Virus record (IMG/VR): IMGVR_UViG_3300045256_000058
Coordinates: 32,001-96,000 of that record
Direction: 5' to 3' (one strand)
DNA length: 64,000 nucleotides
From: a virus
The position numbers and the translations under genes are program-made. The notes beneath the pieces are model-generated. The model was not told the origin of the DNA. It ran no database searches and saw only the letters and a program-made list of their open reading frames with translations. Below are positions 1 to 11,558 of the stretch, piece after piece; the first letter of the stretch is position 1; every line of letters begins with the position of its first letter.

Positions 1-1769
1 GAATAAGCAAATAATAATTCATTTTGTCTACCTTGAGCAGTACTATCCGCACCAGCTTCTCCTCCTACAAATGCTCCTTCTGCTGCTGCACCTGTCGCTG
101 CAATTGAAGAGTCAAATTCTCGGTCAGCAGAGGTACTTCCAATACCTACTCTTGGAGGGTTCAGATGATAGTAGTAAACTCCATCATGCCCAGTAAGCGG
201 AGGATTCAAATACTGGACAATAAAACTTAATCTACCCTCAGTAGTACCAAAAAACCCAGTCTCAGGAAATGGAGGTGCATCCCAAGTAGTAAGTACACGA
301 TTTGCCCATTCAGGGTCTTGCTTAAGCTCCCCATAATCGAACATACTTCCTACTTCAGAACGTAACCCAGTAGATTTAGCTCGATGATACCTTTTTGTAT
401 CTCCGTAGGCATATACAGCAAGTACTTGACCATATCCCCACCAATATTTATATGGTTCAAAATACGAGTATGCCCGTGAACCTCCTGTACTCTTTACTTC
501 ATATCCGTGTGTAATTGAACCTTTTGCAACACCGAAATTTACTCGTATATAATGTCCCATTGAAGGGTCAGCACACATAATTGGTATAAATCCAGGTGCT
601 TGATAGCTAACTTTATTTGCAGTTAAATCATAAGTATCTTCTTCATAAGTAGGACGAATAATATTTGTCTCAGAAGTATAGTTTGCAATAGAAAGTCTTG
701 CTGAATCAGTATTGTAATCAGGACATTGATAGGTAGAACAAACAGTACGATTAGTATTACCGACATAGTTAGCAGTCCCAGTTACATATTCCTGTTTAGT
801 TACTCTTTCAAGATTATATAAAGCATTTTTAATCTCAGGTCTTTCTACCAAATCAAGTTTATAGTCATGAGTACGAGTAACTCGAATTACTCTAGTGCCA
901 ATATATTCAGGTTCTTGAAAATTAATCTCAGCGCTACGTTCTCTATGATTTTTTTCTAACTTACCTCTGCACCATGTAAAAGAATAGGTTGGAGTACACG
1001 AATATGCCACTAGAGACATAGAACGAGTTTCTCCATAGGCTCTAAAAGGCTGACCTACAGAAATATATCTACCATTATTAGGGGCAGGCGCATAAATAGG
1101 AATTCTATCAGTTGGTTCTATCGCTAAGGATGCCCAGCAACCCCCTCCTAAATATACAATGCTGGATATATCAAATTGATGTTCAAAACACGGTGGTAAG
1201 TCATTGGAGTCCAGTACATAAGATACTGGAGATGCTAGTGTTCCTAGTCTATTATCCAGAGTATAAAGTCTCCATTTTGTACGTACTGTTTTATCTGCAT
1301 TAGTAATTTCGTCTACTACGTGACATACATGAATACTCCAATCTTCTTTACCGTCACCATTAGCGGTAATAAAACAACGGATATTGCTAGAAGGACTGTA
1401 GAAAGTGTATACAGGTATGTCTGTACCGTATAAATCTTCATCTACAAATATTCCGTAATACTGAGCAAGTTTATCAGTAGTAGGTGCAGGACTAGGATAA
1501 GGTATAGGACTACCTTGACGTAATGCGGCACTTTCTAAATTTTTCTGGGAATCTGCTAGTTTTTTATTTACTTGTTCAAGAGTATATTTTGTTAGTCGTC
1601 TTACAGTAACTAACTTAAACTGATTCTTTTTAAGAGTAGTAGGTCTTCTAGCAGTAGAAATAGTTGTTTTCTTAATTAGGTCAGGATTTACTAACCTTTC
1701 TATGTCATCTCTACCTCGAATATATGACTTACCTGTGTTCTCAGTTCTAATCGTATTAGATTGACTCAT
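1..1769 (-). CDS. Large virion/tail-associated protein, truncated at window edge (missing from the ORF track)
   Basis: ATG at 1769 (MSQSNTIRTENTGKSYIRG...). The frame appears open toward the left edge, on the same strand as the tail module. Confidence 0.65.
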   Translation of the reverse strand, partial: MSQSNTIRTENTGKSYIRGRDDIERLVNPDLIKKTTISTARRPTTLKKNQFKLVTVRRLTKYTLEQVNKKLADSQKNLESAALRQGSPIPYPSPAPTTDKLAQYYGIFVDEDLYGTDIPVYTFYSPSSNIRCFITANGDGKEDWSIHVCHVVDEITNADKTVRTKWRLYTLDNRLGTLASPVSYVLDSNDLPPCFEHQFDISSIVYLGGGCWASLAIEPTDRIPIYAPAPNNGRYISVGQPFRAYGETRSMSLVAYSCTPTYSFTWCRGKLEKNHRERSAEINFQEPEYIGTRVIRVTRTHDYKLDLVERPEIKNALYNLERVTKQEYVTGTANYVGNTNRTVCSTYQCPDYNTDSARLSIANYTSETNIIRPTYEEDTYDLTANKVSYQAPGFIPIMCADPSMGHYIRVNFGVAKGSITHGYEVKSTGGSRAYSYFEPYKYWWGYGQVLAVYAYGDTKRYHRAKSTGLRSEVGSMFDYGELKQDPEWANRVLTTWDAPPFPETGFFGTTEGRLSFIVQYLNPPLTGHDGVYYYHLNPPRVGIGSTSADREFDSSIAATGAAAEGAFVGGEAGADSTAQGRQNELLFAY

Positions 1770-1816
1770 GAATATGACATAATTAATAATAGATACATAC
1801 CAATTTTAGTATAGAT

Positions 1817-2116
1817 ATGAAACAAATTATCACCAAACCTAAAGATGACGGAACTAAGGAAGGTTCTATCTATCTGAAAATGAATAAGGTAATTAGTACC
1901 TCCAATGAATTTCCTGTAAATAGTAAGGCAGCAGGGGGAGAGCAACCTAAAAAGAAAAAAGGATTGCTAAGAACAGTCGATGACGAAATTTCAGATAATC
2001 CTGCGATTCCTTATATGAGTTCGTATACTAAGCCAATACAAGTAAATAAACACTTGTTTACAAATGCAAAGAACGAAGTAGATAAATTTAAGAACACAAA
2101 AGGCTGGGAAAAGTAA
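1817..2116 (+). CDS. Hypothetical basic protein
   Basis: 99 aa ORF that fills the gap between minus-strand tail genes. Confidence 0.55.
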   Translation: MKQIITKPKDDGTKEGSIYLKMNKVISTSNEFPVNSKAAGGEQPKKKKGLLRTVDDEISDNPAIPYMSSYTKPIQVNKHLFTNAKNEVDKFKNTKGWEK

Positions 2117-2117
2117 T

Positions 2118-5100
2118 TTAATCTTTCGAATACGGCAATAAGGGTGGTAAGAATTCAGTAATGTATCTTGCCACTCCTTTTGTTATGCGTAATCCAGTAA
2201 TATAACCATAAAAGTGACCAATACTGTATCCAATGTCAAAATCAGTACTAAATCCCACGTTTCTAACTTTATCCTCTAACTTACCATTTACATATAGATA
2301 AGTATATTTAACTGTGTTGACTATTGCAATATGTAGCCACTCATTTGTGTCTATGTCTTCTGCAATAGCAGGTAGAGTATAGTTGTCATTTTTGTATAGT
2401 CGAATCGTACTTTCTTCAAGGAAGTAATAAAGCTTAGGATAGCTGTTATTACTAAGTAATCCTGTTAATACTACTCCTTGACCCGGATGTAACGTAGTAT
2501 CTGAAGTATCTTCATCGTCACTGTAGACTTGAGACAATCCGTATTTTAAGTTACCTACTACCTTATAAGGAACAACAGTGAATCGGGTATCGTAATTATA
2601 AAGTTTAGAACTAAAATTAGAATCCAATGCTACATCAATTACATAGCCTATTTTATCCGTATTGTTATAATCCCAATCAAATGCAAATCCTTTTGGAGCA
2701 ATAATCTTAGCTTTATTAGCTTCTGGTAAAAATGCTAATTTCTCACTAAAAATATTAAACGAAGTAGTATCACCAACGTAGAGATTCTTATAGCCAGGTA
2801 CAAATGTATTAAAACTACTCTCCATTGCTACATCTAAAGTATACCCATTTGCTTCGTCTACTTCATCCCAATTAGCATCAAATGAGTTAGAAGTAACACT
2901 GGATGCTGGTAAAGCTGTTGGTCTAGCTAATCTAAACACTGTAGAGCTTTTACTATTCATATAAAACTCAATCGTATATTCTGAGTTGCTTTGAAGAGTA
3001 TCACTTAGATTAAAAGATAGCGAAGAATCTTTACCGTTAAAATAAATAGATTTAGCCAATCCAATTGGACTCGTATCATTTACGACACTTACATTAGTAG
3101 CTGTAATATCAAGATTATGAATCGATTCATCGACAATGTTTACATCTTCTGGTTGTAGTAATACAAGTACATTTGAGTAATTAGTATCAGGAATATAATC
3201 AGGTACTTCTGCTGCTCTAGTTAAAGATGTACCAGCCGTATTATATGTACCTGCTAAATCTTGAATAGTATGAGTAGGTAATTCTACTGTTACATCCCCA
3301 GTGCTTAAAGCAGTTACATAAAAGCTATATTTAGACTCATTAGGGTATTTAAGAAGATTACTTACCTTACAATTTGTGAGGGTTAATTTATCTAATGTAA
3401 ATAACTGTATTGGCTCACTAAATGTTAGTAGTACAGGAAAAGTATAAGAGTTATCATCCGGTTGACTTGTACTTAATGTTGCAGTAACACTGGTATTGTC
3501 TATAAATACGGCACTATTGTTAGTAGTTGCAGTAAATGTTTTATCAGGTATTCCTGGTTGGTCACTAATTGCGATACTGAAATTGCATTGACCATCACTA
3601 AAACTATCTGTAATATCAAGGGTTGCAATGTATTCGTTATATGGCTTTGCAACTACATCTGCTGTATGACCTGCAATCAATACCGTTGGTAGACCTACTA
3701 ATGGAATAATAGATGTGAACTTAAGTGTAATTTTATTACCTGCTGTTGCTACTGAAGAAATATTGTTATTTGAGTATATAGAGATATAGCTAAGTAATTG
3801 TGTCTCATCTGTAATATTCGGTACTTCTTCAAATGGTAATCCTGGCACATTTACTGAGTATGCAGTATATAATGCTTTTCCGAGAGTAAATCGAATGTTA
3901 GAAATGAAGAAATCTACATCATCTACCCGATTTGGATAATATCCAATAAATAAATCACCTTTAGTAATATCGATTGCAGTATTACTTTGAACAATACCCA
4001 CTCTAATACCATTTCGATAAAAACGATACACATTATCTTTTTTAGTAATTGCAAAATGCGGATATTTACGAAGCTGGCTATACGAGTCATTATCCCAAGC
4101 AATAAAATCTGTAGTATCCCGGTCATTCCATGTAATAGAAGGAAATAAATTGCTTATGTTTGTAGCACTACGTTGAAACTTAAGTTGTCCGTTATCAGCA
4201 AATAGAGCAAAACCAGTCTGAGCATTTTCTACTGATAGAATATGAGATTTTTTAGTTGTTGTATTTTGTGTAGAGTTAATTCGTAAAAAGAACTCTATTG
4301 TCCAATCTTGATTGATAGCAGTAGTATATGTGCTTGCTACCGCATTAAAATTGTCATATGTTAGCCCACTTTGTTCAAGTAGTGGACTTACAGCTAATGA
4401 AGATGTCTCACCTAATGGAGCAATTGCATTAGAAAATGAAGTGTTATTTGATATAACCTCAAATAATAATAATTTTGAAGGACTTAAATCATTCAGTGTC
4501 GTACTTATTGATAGCGGAGTCTGAAGTATTGGAAATGAGTCTGAGTAAATACGAACAAGAGGAGCCGATTTTGTTGAAAAAATACCAGTTGATGTACTTG
4601 CACAACCTTCCATTACTTGTACAATTACTGGGTCTTGTTTAATAGGTTCAATATCTAATTCATAAATATGATTGTCTTCATCAATAAATCGAAGCTGAGA
4701 TAACTTACCATTTACAATGCCAATCTTACTTGGGTCAAAATTGGCAATTGCGGCATCAAATCTAAGAGTAACCGTAAAGATGTCTGCGATATAAGGTGAA
4801 CTTCCAGAGCTTAAAAGCGGTACTGGTGCATTCTTATTAACTCTATATGCCTCGCCTTCAAAACTTAATTCTCCTATAGCATAAGAAATATAAGTATTTG
4901 TATCCGCATATCTAACTGTTTTTCTATCTACAAAATTTGCTTGTAACGTACCATTTCCAGTACCCGTACTTGCTTTAAGAGAATAAACATAATTATTTAT
5001 CTTTGTTAAAGATGTAAGACTTGCTCCTGATATACCATCTAATTGAGTGAGACTAAAATCTGCAAGAACTAGATTATCTATTGGTTGAGTCACATAAACA

Positions 5101-7109
5101 TACCATTCTGCTTCATCTGATGAGATAGAAGAAGAAATATCTTTCTTTAGGATTGCTAGTATTCTCGCTCTAGGAGGGGCTAGTTTATTAGCAGCTAATG
5201 GCAGAGGTTGCAATGAATTTTCGTAGAAATAATTATTACTTGACACTAGATTGTATCTAACTTCATTAGTGACTCTGACTCCTTTTATCCCGAATGATAT
5301 TAGAGAATTAATAGTATCTCCTGATTTTCTACCTGCAATTTTATTATATGTACCACCAATCTTTAGACTTAGATTGTTAGTGTATTGATACAAGTCATAG
5401 GCAAATGGAATTGTTTTTTGTACAACTCCGTTTACTAACACATAAATATTATCGTTGTAGCGACAAATGGCAATATGAGTATTTGGTTCGTCATATCCAG
5501 CATTGTACTTAATACTGTCATAGTCAGTTAATCCACTAATACTTGCTCCTCTTTGCATGAAAAATTTAATTTCATTATCGGGAAGTATTTTAGAAGGAGT
5601 TCCACCAAATCCACCAGATAACCCTTCATTCCAATTAATATTTGCTTCAGAAGGATATGTAAGCCAATCCGTACCATTACTAGAAGTTAAAAGAGAGTAA
5701 TATACGCCAGGAGTATTTTTAGTAAGTACGTTTAGATTTACTTTGAGTATTTTTTTGTTATTGCTGTCTAATTCAATGAGAGGTACTTGTTCATATACTT
5801 CATCAGTATTTATGTATTGAATACCATATACATCAGTAAGAAATGACCGTAAACTTCTTCTATTTTCAGCTAAATAATCTCTACTTGGTATTCCATTGAT
5901 AAAAGTAGAAATATAAAACTCAATTGTCCAAGCATCTCCTAATTCAGCACCTATAGTTTTAGTGATGTATTCATTTACACCATCTAGCTCAATAAAACCA
6001 GTTGAAGTATTAGGTACTGTTCTTAGTAACTCTTTATTTGTAAAGTGAGCAGAATAAGAAGAATAATCGTAAACATCATATAAAGCTGGGATGTTAAATA
6101 ATACGTCTTCATAATAACTATCAATTTTATTTCCTATCGGAGTAACTAACGGTAACGGTAAGTTTACTGTATAGAAGGACTGTAAATATCTCGCAGCTTT
6201 AGTAATTCTAAAGTTTGAGATACCTCCTGAAAAAGAAGTATCAATAATATTCTCAGTTGTATCATATGGAGTGAATCCAGAAAAAGGAAACTGAGTATGA
6301 TGAACGTGTGCCCCTATTACCAGCGTATCTCGTAAAGTAGAAGCCGAATTATACCCATTACTTAATGTAAAGTTATAACTAAAAGTATTAATTAGTTGAC
6401 CGTTTTGATAGTAATATAGAGTATTTCCTCGTCTTTCTAACGAAATTGTATACCAAGTATTTTTTACTAAGGGTGCAGAAGTAAGTGTAATTAGATTTCC
6501 AGCAGCAGTATGTACTAATTGACCAGCTACTAGAAATAAACCAAACCCACCCAAATATCCGTTGTAATTAATTGAAGTTGCTACACTAGCTAAATCAGAA
6601 ATACTTCCTTTAGATAAAGCCGACCCTATACAGAATAATGTCTGCCATCTCCAAGGTAATGCAGTCTCATCAGTATAAAAAGTAAGGTCAATTGTAAACT
6701 CATCTGTTCCTAAACTGAAATCAGGATTACCACCATAAAGTACTTCAAAATAAGAAGGATTTACAATAGATGTCCATTGACTTGAGTTAATTTCTGCAAG
6801 TCTTAGAGTATGATTTCGTTTGTTTGGTAGTGTTAGAAAAGTATCTACATTAATGTCTCCAGTACTAGGTAATATTGGATAATCCGTATTTCCATTACTA
6901 ATTACTGTAGGAGCAGAGTCAGAATCAGTACCAGTAAAACTACGTACTTGATACTGATATTTTGAATAATCTCTATATACTGGTAAACCTCTTGAATTTG
7001 TAGACCCATCTAGTCTTAAACATAAAACAACATCATTCCAATACGGGTCTTCGACTATTGGTGCAGAAGCACTGTTCAATAGATATTGTATAAACGTATT
7101 CTTATTCAT
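2118..7109 (-). CDS. Large tail fibre/receptor-binding protein with multiple LamG (concanavalin-like) and Ig-like domains
   Basis: Repeated 'DPYWNDVVLCL/DTNYSNVLVLL', 'FTIDL/WTIEF' and 'GYITGLRITKGVARY' LamG motifs typical of phage tail proteins; Ig-like 'FTVTLRFD' and 'PVLLTFSEP' segments. Confidence 0.8.
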   Translation of the reverse strand: MNKNTFIQYLLNSASAPIVEDPYWNDVVLCLRLDGSTNSRGLPVYRDYSKYQYQVRSFTGTDSDSAPTVISNGNTDYPILPSTGDINVDTFLTLPNKRNHTLRLAEINSSQWTSIVNPSYFEVLYGGNPDFSLGTDEFTIDLTFYTDETALPWRWQTLFCIGSALSKGSISDLASVATSINYNGYLGGFGLFLVAGQLVHTAAGNLITLTSAPLVKNTWYTISLERRGNTLYYYQNGQLINTFSYNFTLSNGYNSASTLRDTLVIGAHVHHTQFPFSGFTPYDTTENIIDTSFSGGISNFRITKAARYLQSFYTVNLPLPLVTPIGNKIDSYYEDVLFNIPALYDVYDYSSYSAHFTNKELLRTVPNTSTGFIELDGVNEYITKTIGAELGDAWTIEFYISTFINGIPSRDYLAENRRSLRSFLTDVYGIQYINTDEVYEQVPLIELDSNNKKILKVNLNVLTKNTPGVYYSLLTSSNGTDWLTYPSEANINWNEGLSGGFGGTPSKILPDNEIKFFMQRGASISGLTDYDSIKYNAGYDEPNTHIAICRYNDNIYVLVNGVVQKTIPFAYDLYQYTNNLSLKIGGTYNKIAGRKSGDTINSLISFGIKGVRVTNEVRYNLVSSNNYFYENSLQPLPLAANKLAPPRARILAILKKDISSSISSDEAEWYVYVTQPIDNLVLADFSLTQLDGISGASLTSLTKINNYVYSLKASTGTGNGTLQANFVDRKTVRYADTNTYISYAIGELSFEGEAYRVNKNAPVPLLSSGSSPYIADIFTVTLRFDAAIANFDPSKIGIVNGKLSQLRFIDEDNHIYELDIEPIKQDPVIVQVMEGCASTSTGIFSTKSAPLVRIYSDSFPILQTPLSISTTLNDLSPSKLLLFEVISNNTSFSNAIAPLGETSSLAVSPLLEQSGLTYDNFNAVASTYTTAINQDWTIEFFLRINSTQNTTTKKSHILSVENAQTGFALFADNGQLKFQRSATNISNLFPSITWNDRDTTDFIAWDNDSYSQLRKYPHFAITKKDNVYRFYRNGIRVGIVQSNTAIDITKGDLFIGYYPNRVDDVDFFISNIRFTLGKALYTAYSVNVPGLPFEEVPNITDETQLLSYISIYSNNNISSVATAGNKITLKFTSIIPLVGLPTVLIAGHTADVVAKPYNEYIATLDITDSFSDGQCNFSIAISDQPGIPDKTFTATTNNSAVFIDNTSVTATLSTSQPDDNSYTFPVLLTFSEPIQLFTLDKLTLTNCKVSNLLKYPNESKYSFYVTALSTGDVTVELPTHTIQDLAGTYNTAGTSLTRAAEVPDYIPDTNYSNVLVLLQPEDVNIVDESIHNLDITATNVSVVNDTSPIGLAKSIYFNGKDSSLSFNLSDTLQSNSEYTIEFYMNSKSSTVFRLARPTALPASSVTSNSFDANWDEVDEANGYTLDVAMESSFNTFVPGYKNLYVGDTTSFNIFSEKLAFLPEANKAKIIAPKGFAFDWDYNNTDKIGYVIDVALDSNFSSKLYNYDTRFTVVPYKVVGNLKYGLSQVYSDDEDTSDTTLHPGQGVVLTGLLSNNSYPKLYYFLEESTIRLYKNDNYTLPAIAEDIDTNEWLHIAIVNTVKYTYLYVNGKLEDKVRNVGFSTDFDIGYSIGHFYGYITGLRITKGVARYITEFLPPLLPYSKD

Positions 7110-7114
7110 TCAGA

Positions 7115-8728
7115 TTAGCCGATGTCTTTTTGTACCATAAAGCCTCTCTTTTTAAGAGTGCCTGTGCTATCTTTTATTATACTCAAGACAAACAAATCAT
7201 TCTTACCATTACCGCTTAATAGAGGTATATTACCACCAGGAAATAGAATACTTGAATGAAACTCTACTGTACCTGTATTTTGTCTTAACTCAATAATTAC
7301 GGCTTTAGATGTATTGTTACTTAGTGTCCCAGTTAGGTTAATAATAGTAGATGAACCATCATCTGTAGGCGTATTAACCACATAGTAATCGTAAACTGAT
7401 ACCGAATCCAAATTGATTGCATAAGTTTGGCTAGTTGTAATATTTACTGTAGTAGTTTTAATGTTCGGAGTAAATGCAAGGACTACTTCATTCGATAACT
7501 TAGCTAAAGTAATACTTTCTGCTGGTACACTGCTTGATTTAACTATCCATCTACCGCTTACTGGATTTGAATTAGGTGTAATTACCGTGTCACCATCATC
7601 ATCCGTTGTACTATCCGGGTCAAATACATAGTCTTGCCGTTGTGTAGTTACATAACGTGATTGACCTGCAATATATGAACCACTAGGTAATGCTCTCAGC
7701 GCATCTAAGTCAGCAACAGGTTCACCAACATAAGCGAGAGATTCAATCGTTGTATACGCACTAATCTTTGGATATAGTGATACATAAGTACCTTTTGTAA
7801 TTGCTGAAATAAGCGCTACATTAGGTGTTACTTTAAGTACGAATACTGAGTTTGCTGGAAGTGTTTTACTTAATCGAATTTTAGTATCAGGATATGTAAC
7901 AACAGTATTTACATAATCGATACCAGTTGTGTCTAATAAAAACGTATCTAAACTTAAATACCCAAGTACTTCGACATCAAATGTACAATCAAGAGTACTA
8001 TCTGATACATATGCGTTTAACTGTAACTCTCCTGCTTCTAATCCAGCTACCGCATTATTATGAATGTAATATTTAATAGCTACAGGGTCTTGTGTCACAG
8101 ACGGTAAAGCAGCATTTAGAAACTCATCTTTAGTGACTTGATAAATTTCTTTAGTAGCATTTGTATCGGTTTCATTCAAAGAATTAGAACTAACTAGTTT
8201 CCAGATTCCCTCTGAGCCAGCAATTACTGTAATATTGTCTACTGTTAATACTTCAGTAGATGTAAACTCATATATCTTATTTACGGCGGTTACTTTAATG
8301 CGATAGCCATCAGATGCGCCAAGTGAGTTTAAGTCTGTAATAGCAGCAACTTCAGTAGACCCATTTAATACTCTGTCTGAATTAATAATGACATCACTAA
8401 TAGTAATTGGAGTTACTTGGTCATCTTCATAAAGTCTTTGTTTATAGATAATATGACCTGTATTGAAATTATTTGTAGTATTTGCAACCACATAAATATA
8501 ACGCCAATCTTCATATCCAAAAGTAGCAAATGAACTAGCCGAAATTGTAATCTGTTTATTATTTGGAATAGAGATAGAAGTAGGTTCAGAAGCACTGTTA
8601 CATCCTACTCTGTTTCTAGCCTTTAACCAAAAATAGTAAGTAGTATTACCACCTTGAATAGTTCCTGATTGAAGAGTAATAGTAGGAGCGGGTAAAGTAC
8701 TTCTACCGTGAGCATATGTTGACTTCAT
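7115..8728 (-). CDS. Tail/baseplate-associated structural protein
   Basis: Located in the tail module; 'DDGDTVITP..GRW' motif common in tail spikes; C-terminal domain shared with 44336..46234. Confidence 0.6.
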   Translation of the reverse strand: MKSTYAHGRSTLPAPTITLQSGTIQGGNTTYYFWLKARNRVGCNSASEPTSISIPNNKQITISASSFATFGYEDWRYIYVVANTTNNFNTGHIIYKQRLYEDDQVTPITISDVIINSDRVLNGSTEVAAITDLNSLGASDGYRIKVTAVNKIYEFTSTEVLTVDNITVIAGSEGIWKLVSSNSLNETDTNATKEIYQVTKDEFLNAALPSVTQDPVAIKYYIHNNAVAGLEAGELQLNAYVSDSTLDCTFDVEVLGYLSLDTFLLDTTGIDYVNTVVTYPDTKIRLSKTLPANSVFVLKVTPNVALISAITKGTYVSLYPKISAYTTIESLAYVGEPVADLDALRALPSGSYIAGQSRYVTTQRQDYVFDPDSTTDDDGDTVITPNSNPVSGRWIVKSSSVPAESITLAKLSNEVVLAFTPNIKTTTVNITTSQTYAINLDSVSVYDYYVVNTPTDDGSSTIINLTGTLSNNTSKAVIIELRQNTGTVEFHSSILFPGGNIPLLSGNGKNDLFVLSIIKDSTGTLKKRGFMVQKDIG

Positions 8729-8919
8729 CTACAAAATCCCGATGTTATTTTTGATTGTTTAGATAAAGGAATACTAATTTCAACACCTTTATGCGTAACC
8801 TTGTATCTATCGCCTTCACTAATTATAACAGGGCGTAAATTCTTAAAGGCTTGTTGAAAGTTCGTCATAGTCTGCGAACTAATGTTGTTAATTCTAATCG
8901 TTGTAGGAAATGATGCCAT
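8725..8919 (-). CDS. Small hypothetical tail-module protein
   Basis: Start/stop overlaps with both neighbouring genes. Confidence 0.55.
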   Translation of the reverse strand: MASFPTTIRINNISSQTMTNFQQAFKNLRPVIISEGDRYKVTHKGVEISIPLSKQSKITSGFCR

Positions 8920-11558
8920 TATGAGTTACTATCCAACCATCTAGAGAAGTTTGCAGGAATTTGATTTAGAGGAGTACCGTATGTTTGACCAAGTATAGGA
9001 TTAATGAGTACTTTTACTGACTCTTGATTGTTATTTTCATCAGCAATCTGTACTGTTCGTGAACTTATCCCTACACCTACTAATGCTCCACATTCTACTT
9101 GAATATTTTGAGGAAAAGGTATTCCATTAGAGTATTGAACAACTTGTGTAGCTCTTTTTACCACCCAAGCCCCAGGTGTTCCCGGTAGATTACATCCTGT
9201 ATTTATAATACTGCGACCAGAGAAGCTAGTAAATGATAGCTCTGCTGATGCTGTACTTCCACTCATGAGTACATCTAGTCTAAGCTTATTTGCGGCTCCT
9301 CTTAGTGCTTCATCGATGTTTTGAGCAGCAGATACACTTACTGAACCCATAATTTCAGCACCATTGGCAATATTAGAGGTTACATAAGTAATGCTGTTAG
9401 AAAGAGGATTATTTTCATTGCCGTTCTTTACTTCTTCATATACAGGTTTTCTAAGTGTCGCTTTTGGAGGTCTACCATCAGCCAGTGTAAATGTAGTAGT
9501 AGTTAAATGCGATTTATATGAATGGTCTTGAGCGACTCTTAAAGATATCAAGCTAGTATACTGGTCATCTCTTTCTATTCGTTTTGCAGGATATGAAGCA
9601 GCTACTTTTGATGTGTCTACTTTTTGTACTGGAATACTTTTGATACCATAATCTCCAATGGTCATATAATCATGCGACTTATAATACGTACCAGGGGCAC
9701 TTTGTCCTGTTTCCACAGCAGCAATAATCTCATTAATATCCGCATACGCAGTATAACTAAGACCAATCGTATCTCTAGTATTCTTTGATGGTAATACGCT
9801 ATATTTTGTTAGTTCATATTCATCACTACCAGTAAGTACGGTAAGAGGATTAGAGCCAAAGTAATTTCTAGCGTTGATATTGTAGTTTGGGTTCCCAGAT
9901 ATACCTACTGAACTCTTAAATCTACTTCTAGCAATAATCATTAGATTAGGCATCCAATTAGGGTCAGGAAACAATACAGGTACAGGAGTATCATCTCCCT
10001 CTCCTGATTTATTATCTAATTGACTCTTTGGAATATACTGTACTTCCCAATCAATTTCATCTTCGTCTTTATAGTACTTAGAATAAGGTTCAAGAGCATA
10101 ATCTACCTGCTCCCATAGTGGAATCTTTCTATATAGATACTGTTCTAGGTTTACTTTCGCATAGTAAAGTGTCCAGAAGTACTGTTGTCTAGTTAGAAAA
10201 TCAGTGCCTAGTAATAAATCTTTAGTTTGAATAAGAGTCTTTAATGCTAACCAAGCGGCAATACTTCCATTAGCCCAGTTACTAGGGTCTTCTTGAGCAA
10301 ATCTTTTAATTTCCCATCCGGTACTAATTTCTCTTTTTAGATATTGAAGATTAGTATTTAGATACTTTTGATACTCAGGAGGTATAATTACAGGTTCTAA
10401 TGTACCATCCTCTTTTTTTAGCATCGGAGAAATGTTAGGAGTAAAAGATTCATAAACATAAGTAGTTGACTTAATACTTAATAGTCTCCAAACCATAGGA
10501 CGACTGAAATTAGCTTCATCTGGATACCCTAACTTATCTGCTTTTAATGCATTGAGTACATCTTGATAAGCATTATCACTCTCTTGAATATTATCTTTCA
10601 TTAGAGCGAGAACCACATCAGTTTGACTATTAGGTTTTTCGGGGTCTTCTACAAGCTCCAAAGCTGTATGTGCAAATCCAAACACACCAGATAATTCGTA
10701 TGCTGGTTCTCCCCATTTATACTTAGTAATCTTAAATTCTTTTACTGTTCCAGAATTGTCTATCATAATACTCAAATCTCTGGGAAAGATGTCAGCATTT
10801 TGAGCTTCTGGAGGGGGTAAATGAGGTTGATATGCACCTTCGTAGATTACATACTCTTGGTCTTTAATCTCTTGATATTTTTTTTGATTTAGACTATTAT
10901 CGTATTCTTGTTTCTTTGACCACTCTAGAATAGTGTTCTTGTAACAGGGGATAGTATTATATCCGTAAGTAATATTACTAACTACTTTTCCGTTAGTTCC
11001 TCCACCACCTAATCCTCGAAAAGTAAGTGTTGACCCAGAGAATGAATATACTAACCCAAGAATTTCAATTTTATCGTCTACAAATTGTTTAATTGTGGCT
11101 GTTTCTTCTGGAGAAGGTACTTTAGATGTTTCAAATATAAAACCAGGAGGAGCGACATTTCCGGGTAATCCTGCTCTACCTGTAGCAAATGATACCAGAG
11201 AACCGATATTGAAGAATAAAGATGTTTGAGTCTTTTTTACAGCACTTCCTTTATGAGAATCCACAAAATCTTTCATATTAATTGGATACTCGTAAATAAG
11301 CTTAGACACATGAGTACAGCTATATGTTACTTCATTAGTCTTACCTTGATATTCAATTAAATTTTTATTAATCGTTACACCATCTACATAAAATGTAAGA
11401 CCACCAATAGAAATAAGACTACGTACAGGTCTAGTTACTGGTGAATCTGTGTACTCTATGATATTTAATTTAGGGTAATCGTTTATACCCTCTTCTAAAG
11501 TAATAGCTCCGTGTTGGATTTTTAGTCCAAAATCGGCACTTTTATAATTGGTTTTCAC
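8919..11558 (-). CDS. Putative tail tip/hub protein
   Basis: 879 aa, downstream of tape measure and the small distal-tail-like genes; function inferred from position only. Confidence 0.5.
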   Translation of the reverse strand: MKTNYKSADFGLKIQHGAITLEEGINDYPKLNIIEYTDSPVTRPVRSLISIGGLTFYVDGVTINKNLIEYQGKTNEVTYSCTHVSKLIYEYPINMKDFVDSHKGSAVKKTQTSLFFNIGSLVSFATGRAGLPGNVAPPGFIFETSKVPSPEETATIKQFVDDKIEILGLVYSFSGSTLTFRGLGGGGTNGKVVSNITYGYNTIPCYKNTILEWSKKQEYDNSLNQKKYQEIKDQEYVIYEGAYQPHLPPPEAQNADIFPRDLSIMIDNSGTVKEFKITKYKWGEPAYELSGVFGFAHTALELVEDPEKPNSQTDVVLALMKDNIQESDNAYQDVLNALKADKLGYPDEANFSRPMVWRLLSIKSTTYVYESFTPNISPMLKKEDGTLEPVIIPPEYQKYLNTNLQYLKREISTGWEIKRFAQEDPSNWANGSIAAWLALKTLIQTKDLLLGTDFLTRQQYFWTLYYAKVNLEQYLYRKIPLWEQVDYALEPYSKYYKDEDEIDWEVQYIPKSQLDNKSGEGDDTPVPVLFPDPNWMPNLMIIARSRFKSSVGISGNPNYNINARNYFGSNPLTVLTGSDEYELTKYSVLPSKNTRDTIGLSYTAYADINEIIAAVETGQSAPGTYYKSHDYMTIGDYGIKSIPVQKVDTSKVAASYPAKRIERDDQYTSLISLRVAQDHSYKSHLTTTTFTLADGRPPKATLRKPVYEEVKNGNENNPLSNSITYVTSNIANGAEIMGSVSVSAAQNIDEALRGAANKLRLDVLMSGSTASAELSFTSFSGRSIINTGCNLPGTPGAWVVKRATQVVQYSNGIPFPQNIQVECGALVGVGISSRTVQIADENNNQESVKVLINPILGQTYGTPLNQIPANFSRWLDSNS